A stretch of 62,251 bases of DNA, the filler included, from Piptocephalis cylindrospora (lineage: Eukaryota): NCBI GenBank assembly GCA_003614145.1. It is 8 parts of 8 records of this genome, joined end to end, with 100 filler letters (N's around TTAATTAATTAA, not from the genome) between each part and the next. Parts side by side here need not be neighbours in the genome. Positions count along the whole stretch, not along the records: positions 46,880 to 54,537 come from KZ988191.1; positions 54,638 to 62,251 come from KZ988192.1; 6 more parts are not named here. One strand, given 5' to 3'. The notes beneath the pieces are model-generated. The model had not been told where the DNA came from and did not search any database. It saw only the letters and a program-made list of their open reading frames with translations. Positions 50,434-62,251 of the stretch are shown here, piece after piece (within the stretch, counting starts at the first letter, position 1; each line of letters begins with the position of its first letter). The position numbers and the translations under genes were made by a program.

Positions 50434-51564
50434 GTTGGACGTGTCGGTACAGAGCAAGGTATGGGAGGGATAAGTAGGCTGGAAAGGGATGCAGGGTGCA
50501 AAGGAAACGGGTATGATTAGTGCGATGAAATAGGGGGTAAAGTAATGGTGGAAGAGGAAGGGATCAATGGGAGGTCAATAGAAGATCAAGAGGAAGTCAA
50601 GGAAAGGTCGAGGAGGAGACATCTCTTTATACTTGGTCTGGACAGAGCCCCACTTACCTCTAGGGAAAGGCAGAAGTGGTGGGGGCCTCGGCATTCAGTT
50701 AGTGAACTGAGGAGTGCTTTGAGCTGAATGGTGCATTCTCTAGCCCAACTCGCTCTTTCCTACTCGAGGTTACAGGTCAGGAAACACCCCCTCTCTCCCC
50801 CCCCCAACTCCCGGCTTGGGGAAGAGGAGAGCCCCGGTCGACAATCGAATCATTTCCCTGACTCATATGTCAAACTATCTCTTCACAGCCTATTCCGGAT
50901 GCAATGATTTTTGCCGCCTTTCCTTGCTCAAATACTCCCACACCGCATACACACACCGGCACACACGACTATTCAGGGCATCTAGGCAAATGGACGTATG
51001 GGAGAGAAGGGGTAACCAGGGGCATTGACAGGTCACTTGGACAATAACAGATGGAGGCCATGAATATGAAGCGGAGCTGAACTGGCACAGAGATCGTCAG
51101 TGAGTAGGACGGCGCTGGAGATTCGGAGCTTCAATAAGTCCCTTCTTCCTAATCATCCTTCTTGCTTTCCTAGGTTCAGTTTTAAAGGCCGCAATTGGAC
51201 CACGTTTCGCTCACCCACACATCCAGCCTGGTCAGTACACAGTGGAAGGAGGGAGATGAGTAAAAAAAAAGGGAAACTGGTACCATTTTCACAGAAATAG
51301 CCCACTCGAAACACACAACACGTGAAAAAACCGAGCGAAGCAAGGGAAAAAGGTCTTGGTTTTAAGGCCTCTTATTGACAGATACATCAACCTCAATCGG
51401 CCATCATCATCGCCATGTTTTTGGATGGGTCTCAAGACAAAAATGAAAGCAATGGAAAGAGAAGAGAAGAAAAAAGGAGAGGAGAGCATCAAATGTGGTC
51501 AGGTGGGCTCCGGGATGAATAGCCGCCTCTTGAAAGGCCAGGTAAGGCATAGGCCTCATAAGCC

Positions 51565-52302
51565 TTATTCATTGGCATCAATAGGTGCGTAAATGTCATT
51601 GAAGACAATATCTCCCATAGGTACTTGGATACTGGTTCGATTGACTGTAGAAACATAATCCAGAAGGGCAAACTGAGGAACCAGGGACGGGGAACTGGTT
51701 GTCGGATAGACAGCTTCGTTGACCTGGCCTAAGAATTTGCCTTTTCCTCCTGCAAGAACCCATCGGAAGCCTGAAAGGGTGGCCCCCTGGGTCGACTGGA
51801 CCTTAACACACGACCAAGCGGTGTTGGCTGATGGAAAGGAGTCGCTGACGACCACTGGGGTCACTCCTTGACTAGACTGGACCCCAGATAGACATGCAGG
51901 AGTGGAGCATCTCCCAAGATATTTTTTGGTCTGGACATTGAGAAGAGCCACGCTTCCCGTGGGGATATCGGCTCCCTTTGGCTTGGAGATCTCCCACAAT
52001 TGGGTATCGCCACCGCTTTCAGCGTACCCATTGGCAGTGGCCGGGAAGATGCTTGAGGAGGTAGTGCATGTCGAACAAGTGGTGACATAGCTTGTGTTGG
52101 TGAATCGGAGCTGAATCTGATTTCCAATTACGCATGGGTTGATACCAAATCCAGCGCCAGGCACACCGCCCACATAGGTATTGTTAAAGGCATCCGAACG
52201 CGTGAGCTGACCTTGGACCATGCTCGAGGAGCTCAGAAAGAATAAAGTGATGAAAAAAGGGCCCACCGCCTGGGTGAGGATAGAGAAGCTGGAGGGGAGC
52301 AT
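51565..52302 (-). CDS. Secreted beta-trefoil-like protein B (245 aa), tandem paralog of 49723-50433
   Basis: Colinear with A: QLxxSDxFxNxY, NPC, CxxC, QxW, ALxNxxTxxYLGRC, WSCV, WVLxGGKGxFLG, YxSTV and VFxDI. Confidence 0.8.
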   Translation of the reverse strand: MLPSSFSILTQAVGPFFITLFFLSSSSMVQGQLTRSDAFNNTYVGGVPGAGFGINPCVIGNQIQLRFTNTSYVTTCSTCTTSSSIFPATANGYAESGGDTQLWEISKPKGADIPTGSVALLNVQTKKYLGRCSTPACLSGVQSSQGVTPVVVSDSFPSANTAWSCVKVQSTQGATLSGFRWVLAGGKGKFLGQVNEAVYPTTSSPSLVPQFALLDYVSTVNRTSIQVPMGDIVFNDIYAPIDANE

Positions 52303-53339
52303 CGCGAGAAAATGAATTTTGGGGAGGGAGGGTAATGGTAGAGCGGAGAGTTTGGTCTGGAAAAGTTCGAACGACAAGACAAACTGCAAAGTATATATGG
52401 GGCGGGCGGGGTCAGTGCAGGCCGGGTAGGAAATTTTGAGGAGGGAGGGATTGAATGGTTTCTACATTGGTACACACGCTCCTGAGCCATTGCATAGCAG
52501 GATTCTTATACCGCCGTTTGCCCATCCTGATATCTAAGTGGTGCTTTATGCGTGCATAGATCTGCATTTATCGCGGGCTCGTTCTATTCTACAAGCCCTC
52601 TTCCGCGGAATTGGTCTTTTAAGGCATGAGTGAAAGTCGTAAATTTCGGGAGGCGGATCCTATTTCACACAAAGGCGCCACACGCACCCCCCTCAAACAA
52701 CGACGACTAAAAATGTAAGGGTCTGGAGCCTTCCTCCGTGCCTCGCTCTTCCAAATAACACATCGCTTGGGACTCACCTTCAAAAAATGATCAATGAGGG
52801 GTGGCAAGGACTGAAAAAAACCTGTCACACGTCCTACTCACCCCCCCCCTCCTCCCCTCCCTCTCTCTCTCTAAGCAATGATATGGTTGGTCCCCTCCCA
52901 TAGTTGCTCCCAATCCCCTTTATCCGTTAAACTCCGACTGTGATACCGATCCAACAATAGCCCTGATTGGGGATAGAGGAGAGATCACGCATCGAAGAGT
53001 GGGCATTCACAGGCCCTTCAAAGGGCTGCTCAAGAACCATGAGGGACTACTACCGAGAATGAGTACGATTCTCTCTCAAGTATACACCATTTCCTCACTT
53101 CCTAGCCGACATGTCCCCACTCATACATCACGGTAGGATGGGGCTAGTCTCCATCTCAAGAAGGCCAGACACCATCTTCTAACGTTTATCATTTAGTTTC
53201 GCTAATCTAGCTATACTTTTAGAGGTCTATCGAATCTGACGTGCTTTTTAAAGCGGGTATGGGGACTAGGGAATGAAGTAGGATCATATTAGGAATGGTC
53301 ATCAGGAAAGGATACGGCCAAAGGCAACACCACGAAAGA

Positions 53340-54537
53340 GCTGTTGAAATAAGGAGGGATGACCCAAGGTAAGTACTGCTATTTCCCTCCCCCTAAGAAT
53401 AGTACCGTATCCTACAAAAGAATACCCGGCTTTGGAGAGTAATGGCGATCTTATCGCATATTCCACACTCTTTTAATCTGGCCGTTCCCAAAGCCCGCCT
53501 ATTTGGCAGCCCTTAGGACGAGGCCTTCTTACCCACCATTTGGTCTTGGGAAAAAGAACAATCAATGATGTCTTGATGGGTACATCGCTACCTATGACTA
53601 GATTATTACCTCCTTTCTGGAGAGGATTGTGGAAGATATGGATGGACTGGCAACCCAAGTTTATTATACCATCTTCTATTCCATTGGAACAGACCCTTTC
53701 TGTACCCTTGGAGTCTGTGGTTCGGCAAGCATCAGGATCAAGTATACCGTATGGAAGAACCTGGAGAAGAGGAGGTATACAGGTAGTCAGGGATCCGCTG
53801 TATCTCATTGGAGGTCCAGGCCATTTGGATTTATTATCAACGATATTTCGAAAGTGGATTGGAGAAAGAATGGGAGCTGGAGTCTGGAGGACGGACCCAA
53901 GGATTTTCCAGGCCTTGTTAGTCCTGCCAAGAGAATTACCTCCTTCCTGCATATGGGATATGGGTCAATATCTTCGTTATCGAGACTGGTCAAAACTCAA
54001 CGGACCCATAGGTGCCAAGGCATTGTATCATCAAAAGAGGGCTTCCATCTTGATATCAAAAATAGCACCATTGTTATCATCATCATCAAGAATTTGGTCA
54101 GAAATCTTCTATCCGGTTCTACCTCCAAAAATTCAATCTTTGCTATGGACCTTTCATCAAGGTGCCCCATGGACGACTCAGTCCCTTTCCTTCCGTGGCA
54201 CATCTCCTATGTGTCCAAGATGTGATGAAGAAGAGGAAACCATAAGGCATCAACTCCCTGGATACCCGACTTCCCAGATTCTTTAGTCCTGTGCGTACCA
54301 TCATGTGATGGCAGGACAAAGAGGAGATAGATGGGAGGATATGATCTTTTTACTCTATGATCATCCAAGATCACTAGGCTTTGAACCTGGTCTCCTGGTC
54401 ATTGGATACACAGTTTGGTGTATTTATCGAGATGTTCTACGAATTGTGTCAAGTTCATCCGAGACGACGCTCAGGCCTAATTTAAAGTATGAATTACGAA
54501 GGTCGATGAGGGCCAAAATAAAAACAGCTATTGAAAG
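53340..54537 (+). mobile_element. Degenerate non-LTR retrotransposon (LINE) ORF2 3' relic with a zf-RVT-like region
   Basis: WSEIFYPVLPPKIQSLLWTFHQGAPWT...CPRCDEEEETIRHQL is a zf-RVT pattern with the last Cys lost. Trp-rich, lower GC, and broken by stops and frameshifts. Confidence 0.7.
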
Positions 54538-54674
54538 NNNNNNNNNNNNNNNNNNNNNNNNNNNNNNNNNNNNNNNNNNNNTTAATTAATTAANNNNNNN
54601 NNNNNNNNNNNNNNNNNNNNNNNNNNNNNNNNNNNNNCCCCCACTCACACGGCAAGGATGAGGTGGTACACAGT

Positions 54675-55091
54675 TTAATTACCACGGGAGGCCTTCTCGA
54701 GGACGGTCTCGTAAGAGACTTCGCTGTGATCGGTACCCTGGATTTCGGTGGAGATACCAACGAGCTTCTTACGGAGAGCATCCTTGCTGGCGGCGTAGAC
54801 CATCTTGTTCTTGATCTTGGCCGTGTCGGGGCTCCATGCGAAGAAGCAGATCTTGTTACGCTTGCCCTCTCCGGCCTTTTCGTACTCAAAGTCGTAGATG
54901 GCGTACCGACACTCATTCTCGGGCAGGGCATCAATAAAGTCATCGTACTCCCCAGTGGCGGCCGTCGAGTCTACCACAATCTCGCGCTGGTCTTCGGACA
55001 GGGCATAGATGATGTACTTGATTGTCTTGCGGAGCTTGAGTTCCTGGTAAGTGTCCAGGCACTTATCGTTGACGGCGACACCGGTGGACAT
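54675..55091 (-). CDS. COF1: Cofilin/actin-depolymerising factor, intronless, 138 aa
   Basis: [42 protein letters not shown] and EIQGTD. Confidence 0.98.
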   Translation of the reverse strand: MSTGVAVNDKCLDTYQELKLRKTIKYIIYALSEDQREIVVDSTAATGEYDDFIDALPENECRYAIYDFEYEKAGEGKRNKICFFAWSPDTAKIKNKMVYAASKDALRKKLVGISTEIQGTDHSEVSYETVLEKASRGN

Positions 55092-55419
55092 GTTGGGATG
55101 AGAGGAGGTGGATGGTTGGGGTGATTGGGCTCGGGGAGTGAGGGGGGGGAAGGAAGAAAGAGGGTGTGGGTGAGAGTGCCGAAGGTGGAGGTGGCGGAGG
55201 GGGAGAGGGGTGACGGAGAAGGCCTCTTCGTGTGGGAGAGGGGTAGCTGGGTACTGGCGCAACCCTAGTGGGGGGAGAGGGCGGGAGATTTGTCGTGTTG
55301 GTGTTGTATAGAGGAGTCTGAATTGCTGTTACCGCGCCACTACTATATGTGTAAGGAAGGCCCTTAGTGTCTGTTTCGTGGGGCACACACATTATGGACA
55401 CTGTATGACAGCGACATGG

Positions 55420-55450
<31 letters not shown>

Positions 55451-57095
55451 TACCTTCTCGCTCTCGTTCTCTCCTGGTCAGGTACAAGCGCACACCCAAG
55501 ACGGACACTGGATCATTTCCCAGGCAGCTCACATACTTACGCCCGACTTTCCAATCACCACAGTGTCTATTACTGCTGTCTTGGCGTCATCATACCATCA
55601 GGATCATTTTCCTTCTCCCATGAAGATCTGCCACGGAGCAGTCTTGCCTTGGTACTTCAGATCTAGGCTAGCAAGAGATATGTGTCGAATTTCTGCAAGT
55701 CATGTCGAGTTGAACTAATGACTTTATGGCTATTTCCGATGTAAGGAGGAAGCTCGGCATATCTCGCTGAGGGATAATAAAACGGGGTTTATTATCATAC
55801 AAGAAGAATTTCCCTTGAAATAGAAGCGTGTCATTATCTTGAAATGCACAATACTGCTACTGTTACTGCTCCAGTATACTAGCATGGAAAAATTAATACT
55901 CAAGCCATTTCCATATTTTTTCCACAAAAGCCGACAATTTTATTAGCCGCATCAACGAACCCTTTCCTCTTTCATTCTTTCTCCCATGCATGTTGGTTAT
56001 TTAGGCAGATAGTATATTCAGATGGCCATTAGATTGTCTCACTGAGGAAGAGTAAGATGGATATTGATATCCTTGGTCCTTCCTCCTCATCATCATTATC
56101 ATAGGGGGTGGGAATCAACACTTTCTCACCTGAGCGATCTCACGTTCAAGTCCCATGACGGCTTGGCCGTTTGCCCCTCTCCCCTCGCATCAGATCGAGG
56201 ATAAGAACCCGAATGACACTGCCCTCAACACTCTCTTACACTCCAGCTAGAGCGGTTGGAGGGCAGTGCACTACGGGCCCCTTCCAGCAAGTAATAGTTG
56301 GATGAGTCAGTCATTACCTTTAGAATGATCTAGGGATTTCTGTAGTGCCCATAAAAGCCTAACAGATAGAGTACACACTAAGGGCCTTGGTCCCTGGTGC
56401 CACACGTATCACAGTCTCGAAACAGGTAGTGTGCTTGAATCTTCTTGCCTGCTCCACTCTAGGGAAAAGTAGAATGGCTTCATCATCAAAATTCCCTCAT
56501 CTCATCGTGCAGGGGGGTCATCCTCTAAAATAGACAGGACGGAGTAACCTTTCCTCATCCCGTCCACTCCCATTCATTCTTGTGATCTGATAAGCCCTCC
56601 CTAGTCATACGGTTTTTCGTGAGGATGGCCCCATTGAAATCAATCACTGATTCATCTTTGGTCAGCACCATCACCGTGCAGGGTGAGCGTTAGTACAGGA
56701 GACCCCCCTACCAAAATCGAGTGTCACCCCACTCTCCGGTTTTGCCCGAGTTTAAATATCGGCCGGGCCTTTTTGGTGTACCACTCCGATCCTATGGTCT
56801 TTGCTTGTGGGCCCCTCTTCTCCACACATACACACACACATACACGCTTACTTGCGCGACATGTTACTCACCACCACTACGGCCTTTTTTTACCCGCCGG
56901 ATCGGCTCATCAGACCATCCCCACACGCCCCTGGGCAGGAATATCCGCTAGATATGCACTCGACCAAGCCATCTTTAAACTCGCTTCCAGCTCTTATCCC
57001 CAGGTCCTTCTTACTTCCCTCCTCTCTCCCTCACCCCCTCCACCCTTTCTCTCCTCCCCTCCCTCCCCTCACAGCCCCCTTATCTCGATAAAGAC

Positions 57096-60000
57096 ATGCA
57101 CAGGGCGCCGTTTACCCTGAACTGGGGTCGCTTTGGCGTGAGTCGACAGGTGGGCCTGTACGCCAAAAGCAGTGCCTCCACCGTGTCCCTCGACTCCAAC
57201 TCCTCCAGCAACAACACCTCTTACTCGACCCTATCCAAGTCCCAAGACCGCATTCCCTACACCACCACTCCTTCCTCCAGTCTCTCATGGAGAGCCAGGT
57301 CCGATTGCACCCTGGTCCATGCTCGCATGTCCACCCCAACCTCCCTCTTCTCTACCGGCGCGTCCTCTGGCCTCCCTACCTCCACCTCCGCCTCCACCGA
57401 TCAGGCCATCCCGTTCACCAACTCTCCCCAGACCAAGGGACCCCGGAGGATCGAGCTGCGGCGCGAAACCCGCGACCAGGTCGCCTCCATGACCGAGGAG
57501 ATGCTCCAGGCCAAACGAGCTGGCAAATACTCTACCGTCCTCAAGCTATTCCGCATGATCCAAGTCCTCTCCCATCAGCAAGCCCCGCTTCTCGCCTTCA
57601 ACATTGTCTTTGACACCTTTAGCCTCGGCTCCTTCCCTGCACCGCCTCCCTCGGTCACTGGGTCAGTTGCCAACTCTACCCTCAATTACAAACCCTCTCC
57701 CTCCTCCTTACCCCTACAGGATCTCCTGACTTGCTATGGTGAGCTCATCCGCGCCACCCACATCACTCCAGCTCCCTTCACCTACTCGTGTCTCCTCAAG
57801 GCATTGGCCATGCGATGCCGCACTGAATGTCGTGCTCTACTTCACGCTGCAGAGGATGGCGACGTGGCCCTGGCCACCGACGACCCACAATCTGTCCCTC
57901 CCCCCTCCTCCCCCTCCTCTTCCTCCACTGCCCCGGTCGAGCTGCTGTGCGAGAGCAATGACACGGTTCGTTCCCTTACCGACATCCTTGTCCAGGTTTA
58001 TGGGGCCATGCAGCAACGTGGATTTGTCCGTGATATCGGTGTCAATACCCATAATCAGGTCCTTCGCAGTGCCGCCGAGGCCGGGCATCTCAAGCTGGCC
58101 ATGCGTGTCTTCGATGCCCTAGAGGAATGCCCCACCCAAACCCCTAATGAGCATACTTATTCCTTTCTTATCCTCGCCCTTGGTCGCTCCGGCGAGATGA
58201 CCGCTGCCCGTAGGTGCTACGACGCCTTCCTCTCCGGCTCCCGATCCCCCGACGCTTGCACCTTTGTCGCCAATCACCTGATCGATGTTCTAACCCAACG
58301 TGGTGGAGCTCAATTGGATGAGGCCCGTCGCCTCCTCGATGTCGAGATGCCCGCCTCTGGGGTTCGTGTCGATGTCGTCGGCCTCAACACCCTCATCACC
58401 GCCTATGGTCGGGAGAAACGAGTCCGGGAAGCCTGGGAGCTCACCAGAGCCATGGCTCATCCCGATCTGCATGACCGTTACCCTTCCCCAGATATCGTTA
58501 CCCTTCGTACTCTGCTTAGCATGGCCATCCGTGAGGCCGATGCCCCCGTGGCCTACTGGGCGTGGAAGGAGATGTGTCCCAATGAGCCCGGCTCTTCCAC
58601 CACCATCACCAATGGTACTGGGAGGAAGAAGCCAGCTCACGAAGCCGTCCTCGGTATCCGTCGTACCATTCGTCTTCTTCGTCTCATGCTACAGTCCGGA
58701 GAAGTCGATGCCATCTGTGGTATCCTCAGCAGTATTCGTTCCCCTAGCGCTCTCCGTTCCTCCTCTCCATCCCCCCAGGCAAAGGATCAGGATCCCCTGT
58801 TGGGTTTAAAGGCCGATCTAAAGCTCTTCCTTTCCCGTCCCGATACAACCCCCGATGCCGTCTGCCGTGTTCTCACCTCTCTAAGCCCCATGATCATGGG
58901 CCTGAAACTTCCTCAGATTAACGGTATACTCATGGCCGTTCAAAGAGCTGTTATCCCCAAGTCCACTTTTGTCTCCGGCGATGATATCGAGCCGGCGGGC
59001 AAGCTCTCCACCGAGAAAATGCTTATCGTTTCCAAATGGCTCCTTGCCTGGTTTGAGGTTACCACCGTCGACTTTAACCACTGCTTGGCCCGGTCCTGTG
59101 TCTTGTGGGCTAAGGAGGATCCTGAATGGCTGAATGGTCGGCTCCAGACTTGGGACATTATTCCTTCCACGCTCTCTGCTGCACTTTTATTCATCCTGAG
59201 GCACCGATGCTCGAGCCAATTCTCGGAGGAGGAGCGCATCGAGCAAGCTCGTCTCCTCCTTACCGCCCTCTTCCATGCCCAAAAATCCACCTCCCAGAAA
59301 TGGTGGTGGGCCGCTATCGTCAACCCCCTGAGGAAGTCCGAGACTGCCGATTATGTTGATAGAGTCTCTGAGATCTATTCTTCTGTCTTTACTCACCACT
59401 TTGCTCTAAAAACTGGGACCGACGCTGCCGTAATTGTCAAATGGGAGAAGCAGCTGGACGCCTGGTTGGCCTTCAGTTCCTCCGGTCGGTTTCCCTCTGG
59501 TTTCCCCCCACCCACCCCCGAGGAAGCCCGTGAGCTTTTTGATTGGCTCATCCGATTAGAACGCTGGGGCCTTGCCAAAAGCACGTGCGAGACTATCATG
59601 ACTCTTCCCGCCCACGTACCCCATCGCTCCGAACTGATTTCCTTGGCCCTCTCTGTCCGGGAGCAGCTGAAGGAGGGCCTGGCGAATGTGGGGCCCCAAG
59701 ATCACAGGCCTCTCAATGCCCCAAAGGAATGGGGCTACGGTATTCGCGGCTCCTACCTGCAGGCTCGGAAACTCATGGCCATCCAGGATCCTGAAGAGGC
59801 CGTCAAGTTTGGTTGGGAGGTCCTTCGAGCTTCCAATCGTTTCCGTGAAAGTGCCTTTTCTCGAACGAGGGACATTTCTCCTCCCTCTGGTCGCTTTGCC
59901 GCGGTCATGCTCGGCCGTATTGTCCAGGCCTCCTCTGCTCCCACTGACCCGCCCCTTGAGAAGGAGAAACAGGCTGATCGAGTGTCCAGTGCAGTCTTAA

Positions 60001-60711
60001 AGTGCGTGGATGAGTTGAAGCGGTGGAAGACATTCCGCTTCTCTCCAATTGCCTATTCCACCGCCATTGGGGCCTGTCTTCGCCCCGCTTCCTCCCCTGA
60101 GGTCCAAGAGCGTGGGATGGAACTCTACAAGGAATTCCTTACCCATCAGGCCTCATCTAAAGATGGATGCTCCGTTTATGGTGTGGTGGCCCAGGCTGCT
60201 GCCATGCGCGGTGATCAATCTGAAGCTCTCCGTATCTTGGGTCAGTGGAGGAACCAAAGGAAGCAGGATGGCTCTATGGCCAACCGAAACATCCTCCGCG
60301 TCGCTTCCATCTGCCATGCCCTTCTGTCTCCCCGAGACCTCAAGGAGGCTGAATCCTTTGTCCGTCAGTATGAGCTGGAAGCGGGCGGTACGGTCGAGGA
60401 GGCATGGTAAGTTTTTTCTTTCTCCCTTCTTCCTTTCCCATCCTCTCGTTAATGATGCCCTTTCTATCTTCCTTTATAGGTCAAATATCGCTGCTGGCTG
60501 GGTACTTGAGGGAGATCAGACCAAGGCCAGATCTCTTTGGCGCGAGATGAAGGCTCGTGATACTAGTCAGGCCAATCAAAAAACCCTCAAAGCTACGATG
60601 CGACTAGGGGACCCATGGGATCAGACCTTATTTGTTCTCACTAGCCTCTTTGGCGAGGAAAGCGATGAGCTGAAGAAGGTTCAGGATTTTCTCCCTACCC
60701 TTACGGAATGA
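57096..60711 (+). CDS. Mitochondrial pentatricopeptide-repeat protein; intron 60407-60479
   Basis: Presequence-like N-terminus. Tandem motifs of about 35 aa: THNQVLRSAAEAGHLKLAMRVFDAL, TYSFLILALGRSGEMTAARRCYDAF and GLNTLITAYGREKRVREAWELTRAM. Confidence 0.85.
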
Positions 60712-61081
60712 TGCTATGCCCTCACTAGATCAGGCTTGGGATGCGTCGGGATAACTTGCACAGAGCTATGAATATATATACACATATGTGGTTTTTACAA
60801 GGCGTTTCCTAGTTTTTCTCTCGTCTCCCTTAAAATCATCATTGCTCCGTGATGATCTTGGCATGGGTGGGTAGGGCTAATGGGGTATGGGAGGGACGCG
60901 TCATCTAGTGAGCCTGGGGACGCGTCATATATGTAGACGCACATAGGTCAAGCACATTGGGAGACATCGGGTGGACCCTGAGGGCATATGATGTTATCAT
61001 TATTAAAAGAGATTCTATCAAGCAAGAACACGCCCTTTCTCAGCTTTCTCTCTCCATTCCTCCATTCTAAGCCCCATATCA

Positions 61082-62251
61082 TTAAGATGAGGATAGGGAC
61101 TGCAAATGCCGAATTTCCTCGGCTCTTCGCAGAGCCACCATCACCGAAGATAGCTCCTCCCCAGTCATCACCCGATCCAGTTCAAAGTTCTCCCCGATTC
61201 GATGATCCGTCACCCGGTTCTACTCCCCATCAAGGATTTTTTTTACCCAACCGCCCAGGAGTGGATCATCACTGTAAGTGGAGGCATAATAAGCCCTCTA
61301 TCAGACATCCCACACTCACCTGAGGGAAATTGTAGGTCCGAATCTTTTCTGATCGGTCTGCTCGACCTACTTGCTCATTCCTTGCCTGTTGTCTCGCCGT
61401 CTCAACTTTCTCCCGTTCTTGGTCGTACAGTCGGGCCCGTAGAACTTTGAGACCTTTGGCTTTATTTTTGTGTTGTGACCTTTCATCTTGCATCGCCACC
61501 ACCATTCCTGTTGGTATATGTGTGATTCGTACTGCGCTGTCCGTTGTATTCACATGCTGACCTCCAGCACCAGAGGAGCGGTAAAGGTCAATCCGTAGGT
61601 CCGAGTCGCGGATTTGAACGTCCACCTGTGTGAATGAGAGAAGTATGTGAGTGGAGGGGACGAGAGGGAAGGAGGCCCATGAGAAAGGGCACAAGAGAAT
61701 GGGGTACTTCAGTAGGCTGAGGAAGAACAGCAATGGTAATCGTGGAAGTATGTACTCTTCCCTTGGCTTCAGTCACCGGAACACGTTGGACACTGGGAAT
61801 AATTATTCTACTTTAGTAGCGTTCCATAAATTCTGCATCCCATGCATCCTCCCAAAACCTTACCGATGAACTCCTGACTCATACCGAAACTCTCCAAAGA
61901 CTCCATTACCTATGAAGGAGTAAAGGGTGAGAGGTCTACAAGGGAAAAAAGTATTATCTCCTCGCAGAATAGCACGATTGTATCTATCCTCTTGAGGTTA
62001 AGATATGAAAGATATAGGAACACTTACCCGATAGAGAAAAGATGGCCTCCTTTACGCTTCCCTGACCATCCCCAGAGATGGATACCTTTTCCCATCGCCA
62101 TCTCCGTAATTCAGCGTGCCTTTCATACATCCTCATCATGTCCCCAGCAAACAAACCGGCCTCATCCCCTCCAGTACCTTATTACGGGATATGGGAAGTT
62201 AGTAAATATACAAATATTGTCTCACAGCAACTATAACTAACCTGCCCTGAT
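61082..62251 (-). CDS. MRF1: Mitochondrial peptide chain release factor 1, multi-exon, 5' part outside the window
   Basis: IRAGTGGDEA, RF1-type PVT motif ([14 protein letters not shown]), [17 protein letters not shown] and RTYNFPQ/NRVTDHR; stop at 61082. Confidence 0.95.

Noticed and set aside
7741..54637. Regularly spaced TTAATTAATTAA motifs every 7.7-7.8 kb, and apparent gene clusters across them
   Set aside because: These are artificial spacers between size-sorted contigs. Neither the periodicity nor cross-spacer adjacency is biological.
60893..60929. Duplicated GGGACGCGTCAT (MCB-like ACGCGT core)
   Set aside because: It lies between two convergent 3' ends rather than in a promoter; no support for a function.

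Overview
Eukaryotic, fungal-type DNA with compact genes, short GT-AG introns and many CT/CA microsatellites. The window is not one locus. It is eight contigs (7740+, 7735, 7722, 7712, 7708, 7662, 7658 and 7614+ bp, apparently size-sorted) joined by artificial 100-bp N44-TTAATTAATTAA-N44 spacers, so adjacency across spacers means nothing. Gene content (cobalamin-dependent methionine synthase, GNL1, DTWD1, ZW10, PA-TM-RING ligase) points to an early-diverging, non-Dikarya fungus. A Zoopagomycota parasite such as Piptocephalis is plausible but is only my inference. Housekeeping genes: GNL1, head-to-head HSP60/HSP10, tRNA-Asp, AMP deaminase, ZW10, COX11, DTWD1, MetH, HSL-like lipase, GOS1, mitochondrial ValRS, VMA10, RING ligase, CPT1/EPT1, BI-1, GET1, APP1-like phosphatase, cofilin, a PPR protein and MRF1, plus a LINE relic. 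The best candidates for something undescribed are three secreted-protein families I cannot assign: (1) a tandem pair of tiny proteins, each with two C-x2-C-x6/7-C-x3-C-x5-C-x8/9-C modules; (2) a tandem pair of secreted beta-trefoil-like proteins; (3) a D[DE]L[QR]KGxH...HP-x5-N[IV]LK family seen on two contigs. Together they look like an effector or host-recognition arsenal. All family calls are by eye; no database searches were run.
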